64,000 bases of DNA from Haliotis cracherodii (lineage: Eukaryota): positions 3,038,001 to 3,102,000 of the forward strand of contig NW_027266297.1 of the NCBI RefSeq assembly GCF_022045235.1, in the 5' to 3' direction. Below the pieces are notes generated by a model. The model was not told the origin of the DNA. It saw only the letters and a list, made by a program, of their open reading frames with translations, and ran no database searches. Both the position numbers and the translations under genes were made by a program. How positions within the stretch are numbered: the stretch's first letter is position 1; each line of letters opens with the position of its first letter. Below, piece after piece: positions 57,787 through 64,000 of the stretch.

Positions 57787-60170
57787 AACCATGGAACAAA
57801 TACATACAATATATTTGTTCCAGTCGGTAAAAAAAATGTCATTTTATGTTAAGTCTTCAGGATACTCCATAACGACAGCTGGAGTATCCACAGGCGACTG
57901 CTTTTTTGTTTACTTTACTTCACATAAACAGTCATTTCATGGAATTCTTGTGCAGCAGTACTGACAATTTCAGGTGTGTTTTGGGCTTTGCATTCTATCT
58001 ATTTTTTCATAATTACATGTGTTCACAGTTGCCTTTATCATTTACTAAACTATCATGATTATTTTCATGCTTTCTTTTTTCATCATATTCTTTTGTTTTA
58101 CATTTAGATTTTCATTTTCACTGCAATTTTATGCATTTAATCCTGATATTATTTTCCGGGTTAGAACTGAATTTGGTCAGAACAAAAACATGCTTACACC
58201 CATACATTACTATCTTCCCATTTCTTGGCATTTCAACCACATTTCTTTTATGAAAATTGTTTGTTTGAGTGACAGGTGCTACCAGTAGGGCGGGACATGT
58301 TTGGCCATTTTACCCTGAATGGAATCAGTCTCTGTGGTTGTTCTCTGGCGTTGAAGTTTTACATCTTCATAGGATATCAGTTTGTTGATGGAAGGTTAAG
58401 CCTGTGTTATAGTGAACGGCCTCAGAATGATTAAGACTCAAAACAACTGACAATGAAACATGAAGTAATCAAGAAATCTGCATGCACATGTGCATGAATG
58501 AATGCATGCATGCAGCACACAGTCACATGCTGTTTTGTGTTAACAATGCTGAACTTGATGACTTGTACCATCATTGTCTCACAGCGCCCATAATGAATTA
58601 GCCCAACTCAGCATCTGCACACCAGCGCACCACTATACCAAATATACAACAGAAACATTTAAAGCTTTGATTCAAATTTTCAGGCTTTTGCACCTGAAGA
58701 GTTTGCCACCAACGAGGTTGGGAACAGGTGGAGCCACCTTGATATTTCCTCCAACATCACAATAACAGATCCTCCTCCCAGTAGGGGGGAGACATCGGTA
58801 CCAACCATTCCTGTTCTGGCATGGCGCCACCCTCCCACAGCTCCTTTCACCGTCAAGGAGTCATTGGATACCTAAGAATGCAACACTGTCGCAAGTTACA
58901 GTCAAACTTCATTCTAAGGATTGCTCTTTTAAAACAAATCTGTATCTGCCACAAAAAAAGTAACTTAGATCGTGTTGCGTAGTCTTTTTTCCCTCTCCGT
59001 ACCATTATCTTCCCTAACTTCTCCCATCCCGAGAGCGTTGCATTGTGGGAGGACCTGAATGAACTTGACAAGCCTCAGTGGCTCACGCATTTTAGACTGA
59101 GGCCATATACCCATTCATTAATGGACGGCTTATCAGCAGGAGTCAGCAAGTTTGTATAATGATGTGGGCTAATCAGGCAGGATGGCATCCTGCACCACTG
59201 CCTGGTTGGATGCCAGGAATGGGTGGCGCCAACCACAAATGACCACCCTGATTATTCCAAGAAACCATTAAATGTCTGGGTTAGAAACATGATGATATCC
59301 ATTCCACCTGTTTGGGAATAACGTGACAGTTGACAAACATTATTTACAAAACTGAGCAGGATCAGTAATGAAATTTCTCCACATTCTAAAACCAAAATTG
59401 TTGAAACAAACCGTTGAAAAACATTGATATTCATTCCACCTGTTTGAAGTGAGTGAATATGGTTTTACGCCGCTTTATGCAATATTCCTGCAATATCACC
59501 AGAAATTAGCTTCACACCAACTGTTTGGAAAATACTTGATAATTTAATGCAATCATTTAGAAAAAGAATAATTGATAATGAAGTCAACATTCTCGACATT
59601 TTCTTAAAAACAAAATTGTTGCAGACAACAAGGTGGAGCCTCATTATTCAGATTTGACAAAGTGCTTCAGACAAACATGTTCCGAAAGTAACCTTCACTG
59701 GGGTGCACAACACGCTCCAGACAGAGTACAGAAATAGACTCAGGAATTACCAAGTTACACATAACTTTTTCGAAAGCAGCATCCCAATAAATTCATGATG
59801 ATGATGATAATAATTACTGCTGACTAATGACTTCCGGCCATCTCTGACGTCAACATAACGTAGGATAGCCAAGACGCTGCGTGGTGCCTGGATGCCAAAC
59901 CCTCAATGAATTAAGCAGAAGGATCACGACTGTACTGACTGCCTTCTCCCTACCCTACCTCACACGCACACACTCGTGAGCAGCCCCCGTACTCCTTATG
60001 CATCCTTATGAAAAACATTCAAGCGATTAATAATTCATGTAAGCAAACATCAGAAGATGTGATCCGAGGTAAATTTCAAGGGGGTATTGGAAAATGGTTT
60101 CACACCTATTCTCTTCATCGACCTTGAAAAGTGAAGTACCCGGGATATGAAACACCCATGTTCCACTTAC

Positions 60171-60206
60171 CACTTTTGTTTAAGTAGAAAGCTAAGTCAA
60201 GAAAAT
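60171..60206 (-). CDS. Candidate 36-nt PDE4 cassette exon (DFLDLAFYLNKS)
   Basis: ttttcag|36 nt|gtaagt, symmetric phase 1-1, no stop codon. Confidence 0.35.
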
Positions 60207-61251
60207 CTGAAAAGTTTCATATTGATACTTGAAAGGACATCATCATAAACCTTATCAGCATCTGCACTTTCTGTAGCGACATAAAAAAATATAAAATCTC
60301 AATGTCAGAGAATAACCAGTCTCGATTACCTAACGAAACAGATTCCATTGAGTGTAAAATGGAAAACAGCAGTAACAAATATATGAATGGATCACTGAAA
60401 ATCAAGACATCAAGTTTTGTTAAACTTGCTTTATGTTAATCTGACCTGTTACTGGACTAATCATGTCTGTAAAATAAAATTTGTCAATACAAGTCAATGC
60501 TGCAATTATGTTTCGTTTTATCAAAGATGGCCAAAACATATATAACAAACAACGTTTATAACAAACTGATTTCTCCATCCCTTGTACTTCATTATGATCT
60601 ACTGTAGATACATGTATTTTGAAATAAGATAACTATATTTCTGGGACTAAATGTTAGCTGAGGTTCAATGGAGCTAGCCTAAATTTTAGGTGGGACTTAG
60701 GTAGTGACATTTTATAATATTGTTACCATAATAGACTAGAGTTGTACTTGGGAATAAAGTCCTACATTTCTCTATACACAGGTGCAAAGTTACTGTCTGT
60801 CAGTCTATGTGGCTGATTACACCACATCTTGTGAAGATATAATGATTCAGAGGAGGTCCGCTCCACAAAAGTACATTCACTTCTCTAACAGTTATCAAGG
60901 GCTCCTTGACAAGAGCTGAGATAGAGCAAGCACTATTAGATTAACTCTGAGACATCTGTGTCACCTGTTTCTCAACGTGAGTGTACTGAACAATACAGTA
61001 GTCTATCAACAGAAGCATGTCAAAACATGTGACTGGATTCGGATGATTATATTAAGGTTGGATGTTTCTTGTTGCAACATAAAAAAAACTTCTTTTATGC
61101 TGACTTCAATAACCCCCTGGGTACATGACAAACACAAATAAATAATCAATTCTGATGTCTTACTTGGATTCCCCTCGCAGTCACCAGTTTCGGAGAAAAA
61201 GTAAAATTGAAAAAAAGGATTCTGAGAAGAAGATACAATTGACTCAACGAT

Positions 61252-61990
61252 TTCTCAGTAGATGTACACTTGATACAAAGGTTTCTCAGTAGATGTACAC
61301 TTGATACAAAGGTTTCTCAGTAGATGTACACTTGATACAAGGGTTTCTCAGTAGATGTACACTTGATACAAAGGTTTCTCAGTAGATGAACACTTGATAC
61401 AAGGGTTTCCCAATAGTTGTACACTTGATACAAGGGTTTCTCAGTAGACGTACACTTGATACAAAGGTTTCTCAGTAGATGTACACTTGATACAAAGGTT
61501 TCTCAGTAGATGTACACTTGATACAAAGGTTTCTCAGTAGATGTACACTTTTTCAAAAGTTTCTCAGTAGATGTACACTTGATACAAGGGTTTCTCAGTA
61601 GATATACACTTTATACAAAGGTTTCTCATTAGATGTACAATTGATACAAGGGTTTCTCAGTAGATGTACACTTGATGCAAGGTTTCTCAGTAGATGTACA
61701 CTTGATGCAAGGTTTCTCAGTAGGTGTACACTTGATACATAGGGTTTCTCAGTAGATATACACTTGATACAAAGGTTTCTCAGTAGATGTACACTTGATA
61801 CAAGGGTTTCTCAGTAGATGTACACTTGATACAAAGGTTTCTCAGTAGATGTACACTTGATACAAGGGTTTCTCAGTAGATGTACACTTTATACAAAGGT
61901 TTCTCAGTAGATGTACACTTGATACAAAGGTTTCTCAGTAAATGTACACTTGATACAAAGGTTTCTCAGTAGATGTACACTTGATACAAA
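61252..61990. repeat. 31-bp minisatellite, about 24 copies
   Basis: Unit ggtttctcagtagatgtacacttgatacaaa. Confidence 0.96.
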
Positions 61991-62224
61991 CACTCGCAAT
62001 TTCCGCTTTTTCAATTTTTTTAGCAATAACACATATACTAAAATATAATGAGTTTATCCAATTTAAAAAATTAAAATAAAAACTTTCAATTTAGATGCCT
62101 CAACAAACGTGAACATCTTATGATGAGGAGCATAACTAAAACTGTGATTACTTTTCACCAGAGAGTTTGAGAGAGGAAGCAATAAATGGCAAGAACTTAC
62201 GTACAGACATGACAATAAATATGA

Positions 62225-62480
62225 GGGGAAATGTGGCTTACGTCAAGATTATTGCACTCATATAGCAACGTGGATGCATGTGTGTGTGTCTAAGGCTGCT
62301 TGTATTAGTTCAAGTCTGCTGAGTCCACTGACAATCACCATCCACATCCATCCCCATCCATGTGCCCAGCACCCAGAAGGGTAACAACTAGTACCATCTT
62401 TTAATGTCTTTTGGTACGATGTGGTCAGGAATCGAACCACTGATTTTCCGTTCTACGGACAGACCAACCAGATCTCGGAG
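62225..62480 (-). mobile_element. Meta-like SINE, diverged
   Basis: Reverse match to the 2616-2947 core (gtaccatcttttaatgtcttttggtacga). Confidence 0.7.
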
Positions 62481-63042
62481 CCAGTCAACCACCAAACACG
62501 TCATTCGGAAAATGAAATTCATTTTTGCTCTTTTTTTTGACAATGGAATAAATCAAAACCATATCCTGGACAATTATATTCCTGACGTCAATAGCGTGTT
62601 GTTATTATACTATATGCAGAGTAATTTCATCCACAATACATATTCATTGGCTCAGTACCCACTCATCAGATAGCAACAACTTGGAAATTGAAAATCAATA
62701 ATATAAAACACATTATGAACTATGAAAGATTTTTTGAAAGGATAATTATGAAAATATTATTTAAAATTAAAATCCTAGGATGGAAAGCAAACATGTTTTG
62801 CTTTATACTTAAGTGAGTTAGGTTTAACACAATATACTGTGTCAAATTAATATAAAGGCATGTCATCTTTATGAGACATAAGATCACTGAACGCAGGTCA
62901 TAGATCCACAGATCCTGGCATGACAAAGGTCAGCAACTCTGCACAGTGAAGAAGAAACTGATTATCTTTTAAAAACTATTTCCCTAATGCTTTAAAATGT
63001 TATTATTATATATCTAAAAAACAACTTGTATGTACACTTTTG

Positions 63043-63195
63043 GCATAGAGGGTAGTCTGGTGGTTAAGTGTCCGCTCACCAACAGCCTGGGTTCGATTCT
63101 CCACATGGGTACAATGAATGAAGACAATTTTTGGTGTCCCCCACCATGTAATTGCTGGAATATTGATAAAAGTGGCATAAAATCACTCACTCACT
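63043..63195 (+). mobile_element. tRNA-SINE family B, diverged
   Basis: Family match with (actc)n tail. Confidence 0.75.
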
Positions 63196-64000
63196 TTATA
63201 AACTACAAAACATTTCAATAAAAAATGTGAAAAAAATCTTAATCTTATTTCAAACATATCAAAATCAAGAAAACAAACAACATCTTGGAATTACAACCAT
63301 TCTTGTTGCGAATCCCAAAAGAAAACATCTTGTCCTATTCAAAACATCAAAATACCTCATAAATAATATGATAAAATGAGGGTGAAAACATGTACATATC
63401 CTATACCTCATTACACACATTCTTTCCTCAAATACAGCACAAAGGTATGGGTGTTATTTGAGTGCGATCCATTCCAGAAGAGGAAAACAATATATTTTTT
63501 CCACACTGTCTACCCAAACAAATCACATTGCATTTGAACACCCATAAACCACACAGCTTGTAAATCCTTTTTCGAAAAGTGATTTCTACTTAACCGAAAT
63601 ATGATTTCAGAGAATACGTAGCAGCCACAGAGCTGAAGGTTCAGTGTGTAAAGGTGGCAAACAACACCAGCGTATGCCAATATTGGAGTTACCTAGCCCC
63701 ACCTGAGCTGAACCGAAAATATCAATTGACATATGGTAAGGCTGGAACGTTGGCTTTCTTGCTTGTTTGTTGCCATATCTTGCATAGCAGGATCTCCTGG
63801 GGGGTCATACCTAGCCTACCTTTTATTGAGGGTTTGCATAACCAAACCACAGTCATTCCAGTGCTCATCGACAATGAAGGTAGTCACTAGGAAAGCGCTT
63901 TTGTTGTAAATCAAGTGAGAGATCTTAGCCACATTTCCATGACATATGGAATATTTGACAACTAATTGATATAAAATATGTCACTTTTTCAAATACAACT

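Noticed and set aside
57519-57964. ORFs spanning X runs
   Set aside because: Artefacts of the N gap.
37958-64000. Expected upstream PDE4 exon (FKRMLNRELSH-type, end of UCR2)
   Set aside because: Looked for by eye and not found; presumably beyond the window end or, less likely, in the gap.

Overview
AT-rich animal genomic DNA, intron- and repeat-rich. The SINE repertoire looks molluscan, possibly abalone-like, but that is an inference. Two spliced genes lie tail-to-tail. (1) On the + strand, 4-13342: the last 11 coding exons of a ROCO-type protein with C-terminal COR region, death domain, TIR_2-type TIR domain and a terminal CaaX box (…KCAVCVIL*). (2) On the - strand, 37957-28453: the last 8 coding exons of a cAMP phosphodiesterase 4 (PDE4/dunce), covering the catalytic domain. 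The next canonical upstream PDE4 exon was not found, so 37958-64000 appears to be one large intron. That intron holds a candidate CRE/CCAAT internal promoter with an in-frame alternative first exon, a candidate 36-nt cassette exon, and a 6.1-kb CACTA/CMC-like TIR element carrying a decayed spliced cargo gene. The rest is tRNA-SINEs, MITEs, a DIRS remnant, Penelope-like fold-backs and many minisatellites. A recurring pattern is that tandem arrays start exactly on functional junctions (splice donors, acceptors, the stop codon, a transposon end); the largest has about 70 copies of an authentic 5' splice site. All gene models were assembled by hand from GT-AG sites and phase continuity; no database search was run.
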